From an uncultured Rivularia sp. (GTDB lineage: Bacteria > Cyanobacteriota > Cyanobacteriia > Cyanobacteriales > Nostocaceae): a stretch of 64,000 bases of DNA. Shown here one piece after another: positions 42,434-52,985 of the stretch. Where the stretch lies: positions 736,001-800,000 of the forward strand of contig OY762007.1 of the NCBI GenBank assembly GCA_963665115.1, written 5' to 3'. The notes under the pieces are model-generated. The model did no database searches, had not been told where the DNA came from, and saw nothing but the letters and a program-made list of their open reading frames with translations. How positions within the stretch are numbered: the first letter of the stretch is position 1; the number at the start of each line of letters is the position of its first letter. The position numbers were made by a program, and so were the translations under genes.

Positions 42434-43514
42434 TTAGAAAGCTTGTTTGAGATACGCTTTGGTAAACAAATCTAAGTTTCCTTTCATCACTTCTTCAATG
42501 TCAGTTGTTTCTACGTCGGTACGTAAATCTTTAACTTTTTGGTAAGGATGAAAGATATATTCGCGGATTGGGTTATTATCTACATTTTTGGATGATGGTT
42601 TTTTGACATCTGTAAGTGCAACACCTTGAGCTTGCATTAATGAAAATAGCTTGCTTTTAACAACAGCTAAGGCTTTTTCCTTATTTTGCAATTGGGAACG
42701 TTTTTCTTTAGAAGTAAAGGAAATACCAGTAGGTATATGTGACATGGTTGCCCAAAAGTATCTTCCGTATGGACACACTTCACTGATTACTTCTAAATCT
42801 TTCATTGGAATCTCAAAATCCATCGACTCATCCACAATCGGGATAACTTCTACATCTGCAAAGCTGGTTTGAATTCTAGAATCTTCACTAAATGGTGAAA
42901 TTTGTCTTAATTGATGAATTCCTTGCTCGGATTTGAGATATCCATAAGCATACTTACCGAAAATTTCTAAAGTCACATAGTTAAAGCCACCCATTTCTCC
43001 TATCGACTCATCCACAAGCCGCGATTTGCAGTCATGGCTTTCACTCCAATGACAATACATCCGTAGCAGCATTTGCACCCAGCATTGAGAATCTGCATCA
43101 TTATTAACAGCAGTAATAGTAATGAAAGCTCCTTTATCATCAAAAGGCTGATTCAGAAGATTAAGAATCTCAACGTGTTTGAGTTCGTTGCTTAAGAAAT
43201 TGAAGTTGACTAGTAATTCTTGTTCTAACTGCTCGTCTGCTTCTGACTCCAGAAGTTCTAAAGCTGCTTGGATATTACCTAAACGAGTTTGCCATTCTTG
43301 ATATTGTTCTTGCTCGCAGAATATCAAATAGATTAATTCTTGAAGGGAGTTATGAGCAATTACGGTATTTTGCCAAAATTCAGGTTTAATAAGTAGCTTT
43401 TCTATATCCCGAATTTTTGTATTTAGTTGATGGATGCTAAAGACAGTCTTGAGGTTGGTTAAGGAACTTAGATAATGTTTCGATTTCGCGTTTTATTCCC
43501 AATATTTCTAACAT
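42434..43514 (-). CDS. RF2 paralogue B, GGQ-less, with CTT-TAG-C frameshift site at 43436-43442 (~359 aa if shifted)
   Basis: GAGG RBS, 25 codons [25 protein letters not shown], then +1 frame SIHQLNTKIRDIEK...QISPF...; GGQ loop replaced by SEVCPYGRYFW. Confidence 0.85.
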
Positions 43515-43808
43515 GATTTTTCCTCGTTAGGTCACATTACATAAATAGTAGTACAAAAATGGGGATTGGGGATGGGGAATTAATAAAAGATGATGCGTGA
43601 CGGCAATTTCAATTTATTTCGTTATGTTTGATAATTAATCGTAGCCGTCACACAACGGCAATAACGCGGGAGGAATATCCACACCGCGTTTTGCCTCCCC
43701 TACAAATAAATTACTTTTTCAGTGACAGGAAAAGGGGATAGGGGGATGAGGAGAAATATTTAAAATTCTTAACTCATAACTCCTCACTCCTAACTCCTAA
43801 CTAATTTC

Positions 43809-44543
43809 TTAGTCTCTTCCGCCGCCGCTAATGGCAATCAATAGACGTAAGATGAAGATGAATAAGTTGATGTAGGTAAGGTACATCGATAAAGCTGCGG
43901 GTAAATATTCGTCATCTTTATAGGTACGGGGTAGTACGTAGAAGTCAACTACCGCAGCACCAACAAACAACAATACACCTAAGCCAGAAATACCGATTTC
44001 CAACCATCCAGGGGTATATACGCCAAATAAGGAAAGTCCTAATTGAATAACTAAAACTGCAACTAAGGCTATTACACCCAAACGAACAGTTTTTGCTAAA
44101 GCCATACCGTCAGTATCAGAAAGGTTAGAACCAATCTGACGAGCGGCGATAAAGGTTATTCCACAACCAAGGGCGGCGATACCAATACCCTCAATGCCTA
44201 CTCCTTGGGTTCTCAACGCTACAAATACTAATCCGCTAAGGGTGTAGCCAGATAAGAGACTGTAGGCTGCTAACAGTGGTAATGCAACTTGCTTATTACC
44301 TTTAGAAGCTACATTTTGAGCAACAAAAAACAAAATTAGTTCTACGATTATCGCGCCAATCAAGGTAGGGAAAAATAGTTCGGGATGATTGCGGATTACT
44401 CCTAACCCACCATAAGTTCCCAAAGCAGTAAGTACTAATCCACCACCTACGTAAGGAAGTGCATTAGCAATTACGTTTGGCCCTACCAGTGCTTGATTTT
44501 TAGCGTCGCGAATGGCGTTTCGGAAATTGCTCGTATTACTCAT
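43809..44543 (-). CDS. Bax inhibitor-1/YccA family membrane protein
   Basis: About 7 TM helices; AALSMYLTYINLFIFILRLL C-terminal motif. Confidence 0.88.
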   Translation of the reverse strand: MSNTSNFRNAIRDAKNQALVGPNVIANALPYVGGGLVLTALGTYGGLGVIRNHPELFFPTLIGAIIVELILFFVAQNVASKGNKQVALPLLAAYSLLSGYTLSGLVFVALRTQGVGIEGIGIAALGCGITFIAARQIGSNLSDTDGMALAKTVRLGVIALVAVLVIQLGLSLFGVYTPGWLEIGISGLGVLLFVGAAVVDFYVLPRTYKDDEYLPAALSMYLTYINLFIFILRLLIAISGGGRD

Positions 44544-44900
44544 ATTTACAATAAGTTCTTAATTGAGATATTGTTCTTTCTCCTATTTTTACGCAATTTA
44601 TTTAATTCTTACTCAGTCATTGGTTCAGTTATTGGTTCTAGAGAGAACAATTTAATAATCTTAAAAGTTACTCTAGCTAAAGTTTTGAGCGAATATTAAT
44701 CGGTTATCTTGACATATAAACAAATTAGTGAACATAGCTTTAATGCGTACAAATACGTACATGAGGGGTCTTGCACCTTGTAATTTCAGTGAAACAACGA
44801 ATGGTGTGAAAAAGGATTCACAAGGAAAATAATTACAGCTTTGATAGAACTTTACTCGGCTCGGTTTTTAACAGGAAAAAGAGTCCCTAAAGGAAATTAT

Positions 44901-45689
44901 ATGGCAGTAATTCAGTCTTCTCTCCGTTCTGATGGTATGGAATTATTATGTATATATCATCAGAATCCTTCGATTAAACTTCGTAACAGACTCGTAAAAT
45001 TGCATAGTGGTTTAGTGCGGAAGATGGCTCATAAATTTAGCCATCAATGTAACGAACCTTATGAAGATTTGGAACAAATTGGTTACTTCGGTTTAATCAG
45101 AGCAATTGAACGTTTCGATCCCACTCAAGGATACGCATTTAGTTCCTTTGCCGTCCCCTATATTAGGGGTGAAATGCTGCACTTCTTGCGCGATCGCAGT
45201 ACTTTATTGAAAATTCCCCGTCGTTGGCAAGAACTATACAACGAAGGACAGAAAATACGTAAAGATTTAGCGCATATCTTAGGAAGACAACCATTAGATT
45301 TGGAAATTGCCCGCGAGCTTAAAGTCTCGGTGCAAGAATGGCAAGAAACCAAGCTAGCGGTTCAAAATCGGATGCCTTTAAGTTTGGATGCAACCGTAGT
45401 TAACTATATCGATTGTCAAATCACCTTGGGTGAAGCATTACCTTGTCCTCAGACAGCGGCTCAGCAACATTTAGAAGAAGAGCGCCAGCAACTTCACGGG
45501 GCTATGGGTATGTTAGAAGAAAAGCCTCGGATGGCAGTGGAATTAGTATTTTTGAAAGAATTTTCTCGTAAAGATGCAGCGAAGAAAATTGGTACTAGCC
45601 CAATGACAGTAACGCGGTACCTGCAAAAAGGAGTAGATGATTTAATGAATTTAATGCAACAACCACAGGCAGTAGCTACTGGAACATGA
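44901..45689 (+). CDS. sigF: RNA polymerase sigma factor SigF
   Basis: YEDLEQIGYFGLIRAIERFDP, FSSFAVPYIRGEMLHFLRD, KIPRRWQEL. Confidence 0.9.
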   Translation: MAVIQSSLRSDGMELLCIYHQNPSIKLRNRLVKLHSGLVRKMAHKFSHQCNEPYEDLEQIGYFGLIRAIERFDPTQGYAFSSFAVPYIRGEMLHFLRDRSTLLKIPRRWQELYNEGQKIRKDLAHILGRQPLDLEIARELKVSVQEWQETKLAVQNRMPLSLDATVVNYIDCQITLGEALPCPQTAAQQHLEEERQQLHGAMGMLEEKPRMAVELVFLKEFSRKDAAKKIGTSPMTVTRYLQKGVDDLMNLMQQPQAVATGT

Positions 45690-45984
45690 TATGAGGAAAA
45701 TGTTGCAAAATTTATTAGTTTAAACATGGCTGTTAACATAGCCATGAAAATTCTATTTCACCGTACATTTTTTTTATCTATTAAAGCTATACATAAAGAA
45801 AGCAACACTTATCGCGTGCAAATTGTACAAAGACTTTACATCTTCCCCAACATCGACAACAGCTTTTTAACTAAATTGAATATTTTAGGAAAAGGTTAAA
45901 GGTAAGGAGTTGAGAGTAAGGAATTAGGAATTATAAATTCTACCCCCTCTACCCACTCTCCCCCCTCTCCCAATCACCTAAGAA

Positions 45985-47648
<1,664 letters not shown>

Positions 47649-47868
47649 TTAAAGTACCAGCGAACAGGTCAAAGGTTAAAGATCAAAGGTCAAAGGTGAA
47701 TAATAAGAGTTAGGAGTTAAGCGAACAGGTTAAAGGTTAAAGGTGAATAATAAGTGTTAAGAGTTAAGAGTTAGGAGTTAGCAGTGACCATTGGGAAAAA
47801 AGAAGGGAGCAAGATGCTCCCACTACGAATAGCTTTATCTCCTTGTCCCCTTGTCTCCCCATCTCCCC

Positions 47869-48831
47869 TCAACCCGGTACTTTCCCCAAGGCTTCCCGCA
47901 CGACTTCCGAACCCACTCCGAAGCGACATGAGTTTTCGGTAATATGCTGCTTCCATGCTCTACTTCCTGGTTTTCCGGCGAAGAGTTGCAGCATATGTCT
48001 GGTAATTTTATTAAGCTTCAATCCTTTGGCAGCCCATTTATCTATGTAATTATACATATTCTCTACGACTTCGTGTCTATTAAAAAACGGGGCTGATTCA
48101 GTGTAAAAATCTTTATCTACGGTAGCAAAAAGGTAGGGATTATCGTAAGCCGCACGTCCAATCATGACGGCATCAACTGACTTTAAGTGCTGCTCTACCT
48201 GAGTTAAAGTTTTAAATCCACCGTTGATTTCAATAAATAAATCAGGAAAATCTTGTTTCAAACGATGCACGTCTTCGTATCTCAAAGGTGGAACATCGCG
48301 GTTTTCTTTGGGACTCAACCCCTGCAACCAAGCTTTGCGAGCATGAACGGTAAAACGCTGACAGCCAGCTTGAGATACAACTTTGACAAAATTTACCATA
48401 TCCTCGTAACTATCTAAGTCGTCAACGCCGATTCGATGTTTAACGGTAACGGGAATTTTAGTAGCGTCAATCATCGCCGCTACACAATCAGCTACCTGTT
48501 GTGGTTGAGCCATTAAACAAGCACCAAAATTACCGCTCTGTACCCGACTGCTGGGACAACCTACATTCAAATTAATTTCGTCATAACCCATACCTTCAGC
48601 AATACGAGCGCATTCTGCCAAATCTGCCGGGCGATCGCCACCGACTTGCAGCGACAACGGCTTTTCTTCCTCAGAGAAACCCAATAAATGCTCTTTATCC
48701 CCATGCATAATTGCCGCACTCGTCACCATCTCCGTATAAAGTAAGGTGCGTTGGGTAATTTGTCGCATAAAATATCGATAATGACGGTCTGTTCTATCCA
48801 TCATTGGGGCGATGCTTAAGGGGTTGGGCAT
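47869..48831 (-). CDS. dusA: tRNA dihydrouridine synthase A
   Basis: IAPMMDRTDRHYRYF, NLNVGCPS, HARKAWLQGLSPKENR; upstream extension is STRR repeat. Confidence 0.93.
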   Translation of the reverse strand: MPNPLSIAPMMDRTDRHYRYFMRQITQRTLLYTEMVTSAAIMHGDKEHLLGFSEEEKPLSLQVGGDRPADLAECARIAEGMGYDEINLNVGCPSSRVQSGNFGACLMAQPQQVADCVAAMIDATKIPVTVKHRIGVDDLDSYEDMVNFVKVVSQAGCQRFTVHARKAWLQGLSPKENRDVPPLRYEDVHRLKQDFPDLFIEINGGFKTLTQVEQHLKSVDAVMIGRAAYDNPYLFATVDKDFYTESAPFFNRHEVVENMYNYIDKWAAKGLKLNKITRHMLQLFAGKPGSRAWKQHITENSCRFGVGSEVVREALGKVPG

Positions 48832-49155
48832 TGGGAATTGGGAATTGGGCATTGGAAATTGGGAATTGGGACAATCCAAAATTTATTGAGCTTTAAGCTT
48901 AAATTAGATGTTGTGACGATTTTAAAATTGTCTACCGCAAGCAATGATGACCTATGGTAATTATTTTATTTCTAAAAAGGTTCTAATGATGATTGAAAGT
49001 ATTACTGGATATAGAAAATAGTCATTCTCACTTTCTGTTTTTTAATAATTACTTACCGTTTGCTTTGAGACAGTAAAGCAAACTGTCTACCATAAAGGTG
49101 GTTTAGTATCGCTTGAGGATAAAGCTATTAGAGGCACTCATACAGAAATCCTCGA

Positions 49156-49770
49156 ATGAATACAGTTGACAATCAACTACCATTTGTGTTTAGGGCATCT
49201 AATATTAACAAAATTCAGAAGCGCAACGCTAGGGTAGATAGAGAATTTACGGATAATAATCTAAATAGCGTTGATTTAAGCGGTACGGATTTGAGTTATA
49301 TCCGTTTAAATGAAGCTCAATTGATAAATGATTGTTTTGCAGAAAGCGATTTAAATTGGAATTTACTAAGCAATAATAATTTGGAAGACTTTGATTTTAG
49401 TAATGCAAACCTCAGTCTTGCTATACTTCGAGGTGCAAGTTTGAAAGGTGCTAATTTCTGTCTTGCTATTTTGCGCGGTACCGATTTGCAAGAGGCAGAC
49501 TTACAAGGAGCTATCTTAAGCGGTAGTATTCTCCAAGGTGCCAATTTGCGAGCAGCGAATCTCAGCAATGCTTATTTATTAGGGACAAATCTCAGTCATG
49601 CTGTTTTGAGTAATGCTGACTTAACTAATGCTCATTTACTTGGTGCAAATCTCTCCGATACCGATTTCGATGGCGCTACGGTTAATAATGCTCGATTTGG
49701 ATGGAATACAGGCATTTCTGAGAAGATGAAATTTGAATTGCAGCAGCAAGGGGCGATTTTTGAGGATTAG
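49156..49770 (+). CDS. Pentapeptide repeat protein
   Basis: A(N/D)Lxx repeats; C-terminal LQQQGAIFED. Confidence 0.9.
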   Translation: MNTVDNQLPFVFRASNINKIQKRNARVDREFTDNNLNSVDLSGTDLSYIRLNEAQLINDCFAESDLNWNLLSNNNLEDFDFSNANLSLAILRGASLKGANFCLAILRGTDLQEADLQGAILSGSILQGANLRAANLSNAYLLGTNLSHAVLSNADLTNAHLLGANLSDTDFDGATVNNARFGWNTGISEKMKFELQQQGAIFED

Positions 49771-49825
49771 GATATCAGGTCAAAGGTTAGAGGTTAAAGG
49801 TTAGAGGTTAAAGGGAAGTGTAATC

Positions 49826-50337
49826 GTAGGTTGGGTTAGACGCACGACAAGATTTAATAATTAACCAATTAATTAATATTGCGTCGTAACCCAACAAAGC
49901 GCGTTTTTATGGTTATTACGAAGTAGATTCAGACGGGCAGGGATGCCCATCCCACAAGAGTGGTAGGTTGGGTTAGACGCACGACAAGATTTAATAATTA
50001 ACCAATTAATTTATATTGCGTCGTAACCCAACAAAGCGCGTTTTTATGGTTATTACGAAGTAGATTCAGACGGGCAGGGATGCCCATCCCACAAGAGTGG
50101 TAGGTTGGGTTAGACGCACGAGAGGATTCAATAATTAACCAATTAATGAATTTTGCGTCGTAACCCAACATCAGTATTTTGATTTCAGATAAAAAAATTA
50201 GATAAAATTGCACAAATCGCTTTGTTGGGTTAGACACACGATAAGATTTAACAATTAACGAATTAATTCAAATTGCGTCGTAACCCAACAAATAAAAACT
50301 CTGATATTGTTGGGCTTCGTTCCTTAACCCAACCTAC
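49826..50337. repeat. REP/REPIN cluster upstream of RAYT, including a 137-bp tandem duplication
   Basis: GTAGGTTGGGTTAGACGCAC...GCGTCGTAACCCAAC at 49826, 49963, 50100 and ~50224; closing AACCCAACCTAC at 50337. Confidence 0.9.
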
Positions 50338-50399
50338 GAATTAAAACCAAAAAATAAAAATACGAAATATAATCGTGTTTTATTTATCTAACAAAATAA

Positions 50400-50942
50400 A
50401 TGGAATACCGTAGAGCAAAAATAGAGGGAGGTACTTTCTTTTTCACGGTTGTAACTCAAAATCGCCGCAAATTTTTGTGTCACGAAGAAAATATTGTATT
50501 GCTAAGAAAGATATTCAAACGGGTAATGCAGCAGCACCGCTTTACAATCGACGCAATAGTAATTTTACCCGAACATTTGCATTGTATTTGGACTTTACCA
50601 CCAAACGATGATGATTTTTCAACTCGTTGGAGCTTGATTAAAGGTGGTTTTAGTCGTCTTTGTCATCCCAAGTATAAAGGAAAAATATCTGCATCGCGCC
50701 AGCGTAAAAAAGAACAAGGAATTTGGCAACGTCGTTTTTGGGAACATCAAATCCAGGATGAAGCAGATTTTATTTACCATGTGGATTATATTCATTACAA
50801 CCCGGTGCGACATGGATATGTAAAAGCACCCAAGGATTGGAAATATTCAAGTTTTCATCGCGATGTTAAACGAGGTATTTATGATATTGATTGGGGTGCA
50901 GGAGTAGAATTAGAATTTCCCGATTGGGTGGGAAATGAATAA
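50400..50942 (+). CDS. REP-associated tyrosine transposase (RAYT)
   Basis: GGTFFFTVVT, LPEHLHCIW (HUH), WQRRFWEHQI, YIHYNPVRHG, WKYSSF; flanked by REPs. Confidence 0.93.
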   Translation: MEYRRAKIEGGTFFFTVVTQNRRKFLCHEENIVLLRKIFKRVMQQHRFTIDAIVILPEHLHCIWTLPPNDDDFSTRWSLIKGGFSRLCHPKYKGKISASRQRKKEQGIWQRRFWEHQIQDEADFIYHVDYIHYNPVRHGYVKAPKDWKYSSFHRDVKRGIYDIDWGAGVELEFPDWVGNE

Positions 50943-50944
50943 TT

Positions 50945-51188
50945 GTAGGTTGGGTTAGACACACGACAAGATTGAGTTATTAACCGACAATTGAAATTGC
51001 GTCGTAACCCAACACCAATATTTTGATTTAATAATGAATTATCAGATATAGATTTTTTTATGAATTATCCAACATACATTTATGAATGAAGCGAGTTGTT
51101 TTGTTGGGTGTTTAATATTTATTTTGGTTTGAATTATTTCGTTGAGTTTTCCAGATTATGTTGGGTTTGGTTCCTCAACCCAACCTAC
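50945..51188. repeat. REPIN-like element (~244 bp)
   Basis: GTAGGTTGGGTT...AACCCAACCTAC ends; internal sequence homologous to the next two copies. Confidence 0.88.
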
Positions 51189-51259
51189 GAACTTTCAACC
51201 TTGGCAAGAATTGTTCGTCATCCATAATTCAATACCTCAAATAACTAACAAATAACATA

Positions 51260-51477
51260 GTAGGTTGGGTTAGACGCACGAAAAGATTTAACGATCAACC
51301 AATTAATTTATATTGCGTCGTAACCCAACATCAATATTTTGATTTCATCTGAAATTACCCAACATACATTTTTTGATGAAGCGCATTGTTTCATTGGATA
51401 TTTAATATTATTTTTAGTTGAATTATTTGGTTTAGTTTTCCAGATTATGTTGGGTTTCGTTCCTCAACCCAACCTAC
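51260..51477. repeat. REPIN-like element (~218 bp)
   Basis: Same ends and internal sequence as 50945-51188. Confidence 0.88.
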
Positions 51478-51500
51478 GAACTATTGATGAAGAATTATCC

Positions 51501-52046
51501 TCATCTCGCATCACGTCCAGTTCCCCACTGCGGACCGTGTATGATAGTTCCATCCGGCATAGTAGTATGCCAAATCAAATTCATGCCTCGGCAGATCAAG
51601 CCGTTACTGGTGTGGGCACCTTCAAAGTTAGCTTCAGCGAGAACAGCATATTCCAAGGTATCAAGATAGGCTCCGCGAAAACTAGTACCTATGCCGTTGA
51701 TACAATCAAGGTCGCTTCCCCGCAAATCGGTATCGATGAAGCCACTATGAGAAACGTTGGCACCATACAAATTGACATCCCGAAGGATTCCTTTGCTCAA
51801 ACAACAGCCACCCAGAAAAATCCCCCCCAAATCGGCTCCAGTCAAATCGGCTCCAATCAAGGCGACTTCATTGAAGTAAGCCCCTCGCAAGTTAATATCT
51901 CGCAAAACCACACCATCAAGATCGCTCCCTTCTCCACCATATTTGGAAGGGCGAAAACCATTCTCAAGCAATCTAATTCCAGCAAAGTTTCGTTCCCCAT
52001 CAGCATACCGTTCCAACAACTCGTCAGCAGTAATTTCCCAGACCAT
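51501..52046 (-). CDS. Pentapeptide repeat protein
   Basis: ITADELLERYADGERNF start, pentapeptide repeats, TTMPDGTI end. Confidence 0.9.
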   Translation of the reverse strand: MVWEITADELLERYADGERNFAGIRLLENGFRPSKYGGEGSDLDGVVLRDINLRGAYFNEVALIGADLTGADLGGIFLGGCCLSKGILRDVNLYGANVSHSGFIDTDLRGSDLDCINGIGTSFRGAYLDTLEYAVLAEANFEGAHTSNGLICRGMNLIWHTTMPDGTIIHGPQWGTGRDAR

Positions 52047-52087
52047 TATTTATTTTTCGCAATAACCAATACATACAACTCTAAACG

Positions 52088-52307
52088 GTAGGTTGGGTTA
52101 GACGCATGAGAAGATTTAATTATTAGCCGATTAATAAAATTGCGTCGTAACCCAACATCAATATTTTGGTTTCATATAAAATTGCCCAACATAAATTTTT
52201 TAATGAAGCGAGCTGTTTTGTTGGGTGTTTAGTATTTATTTTGATTTGAATTATTTCGTTAAGTTTTCCAGATTATGTTGGGTTTCACTCCGTTCAACCC
52301 AACCTAC
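52088..52307. repeat. REPIN-like element (~220 bp)
   Basis: Same ends and internal sequence as the previous two copies. Confidence 0.88.
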
Positions 52308-52359
52308 AAACTTATCATTGCAAGCTCCTTTATTAGTTGAGCCTCAAGCAACAGTTGAT

Positions 52360-52869
52360 TTACCAATCGTAGTCGGTAGTGTCGATAACAGTCCCGTCTT
52401 CCAAAGTCAACTGCATAGGTATACCAGTAAAATCGACGGTCTTGACATTTTTAGCTCCCGTGAGATCGGGACTAAATGGATCGATAACTCTAATTTCGGC
52501 ATAGAGCAAGTTAGCCCCTCTCATATTAGTACAATCCAACTCAGTCCATTCAAGAAAGGCTTCGGTCAAATTGGCTCCACTCAAATTGGCATTGGTAAGG
52601 TTGCTCTTGCTCAAGTCAACACGGGTCAAGTTGGCATTACTCAAATTAGCTCCAGCCAAATTAACCCCCCTCAAGTAAGCCTCAGTCAAATCGGCACTAC
52701 TGAGATTAATTCCACTCAAATCAGAAGTGATTCCCTGACGGTAGGGTTCGGTATAAGAATCAACGTCAAAGCGGCGGTGAACTCCACTAAGGTTAGCTCC
52801 TCTAAGGTCAACCTCACTAAAATCTCTCTCCCCAGCAGCATACCTTTCCAACAACTCCTCAGCAGTCAT
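52360..52869 (-). CDS. Pentapeptide repeat protein
   Basis: MTAEELLERYAAGERDF start, ANLSGANL repeats, LEDGTVI end. Confidence 0.92.
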   Translation of the reverse strand: MTAEELLERYAAGERDFSEVDLRGANLSGVHRRFDVDSYTEPYRQGITSDLSGINLSSADLTEAYLRGVNLAGANLSNANLTRVDLSKSNLTNANLSGANLTEAFLEWTELDCTNMRGANLLYAEIRVIDPFSPDLTGAKNVKTVDFTGIPMQLTLEDGTVIDTTDYDW

Positions 52870-52891
52870 AATTTACCTCTTGAAACAAGAT

Positions 52892-52959
52892 GTTGGGTTA
52901 CGGCGCAATCACATTTCGGGTTGAAAATTATAACTATTCGTGCGCCTAACCCAACCTAC
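52892..52959 (-). repeat. Single REP hairpin of the GTAGGTTGGGTT family
   Basis: GTTGGGTTACGGCGCA...TGCGCCTAACCCAACCTAC. Confidence 0.75.
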
Positions 52960-52985
52960 AAATTACAAATAATCAATCCCTAATA

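Noticed and set aside
41184..43514. RF2 paralogues as PrfH/ArfB, or as targets of a diversity-generating retroelement
   Set aside because: PrfH and ArfB keep GGQ and lack the RF2 N-terminal frameshift; no reverse transcriptase or template repeat is visible in the window
49998..50237. 79-aa ORF upstream of RAYT
   Set aside because: Lies entirely within REP repeats
51339..52983. Two long + strand ORFs (250 and 252 aa)
   Set aside because: Antisense shadows of pentapeptide genes extended through REPINs
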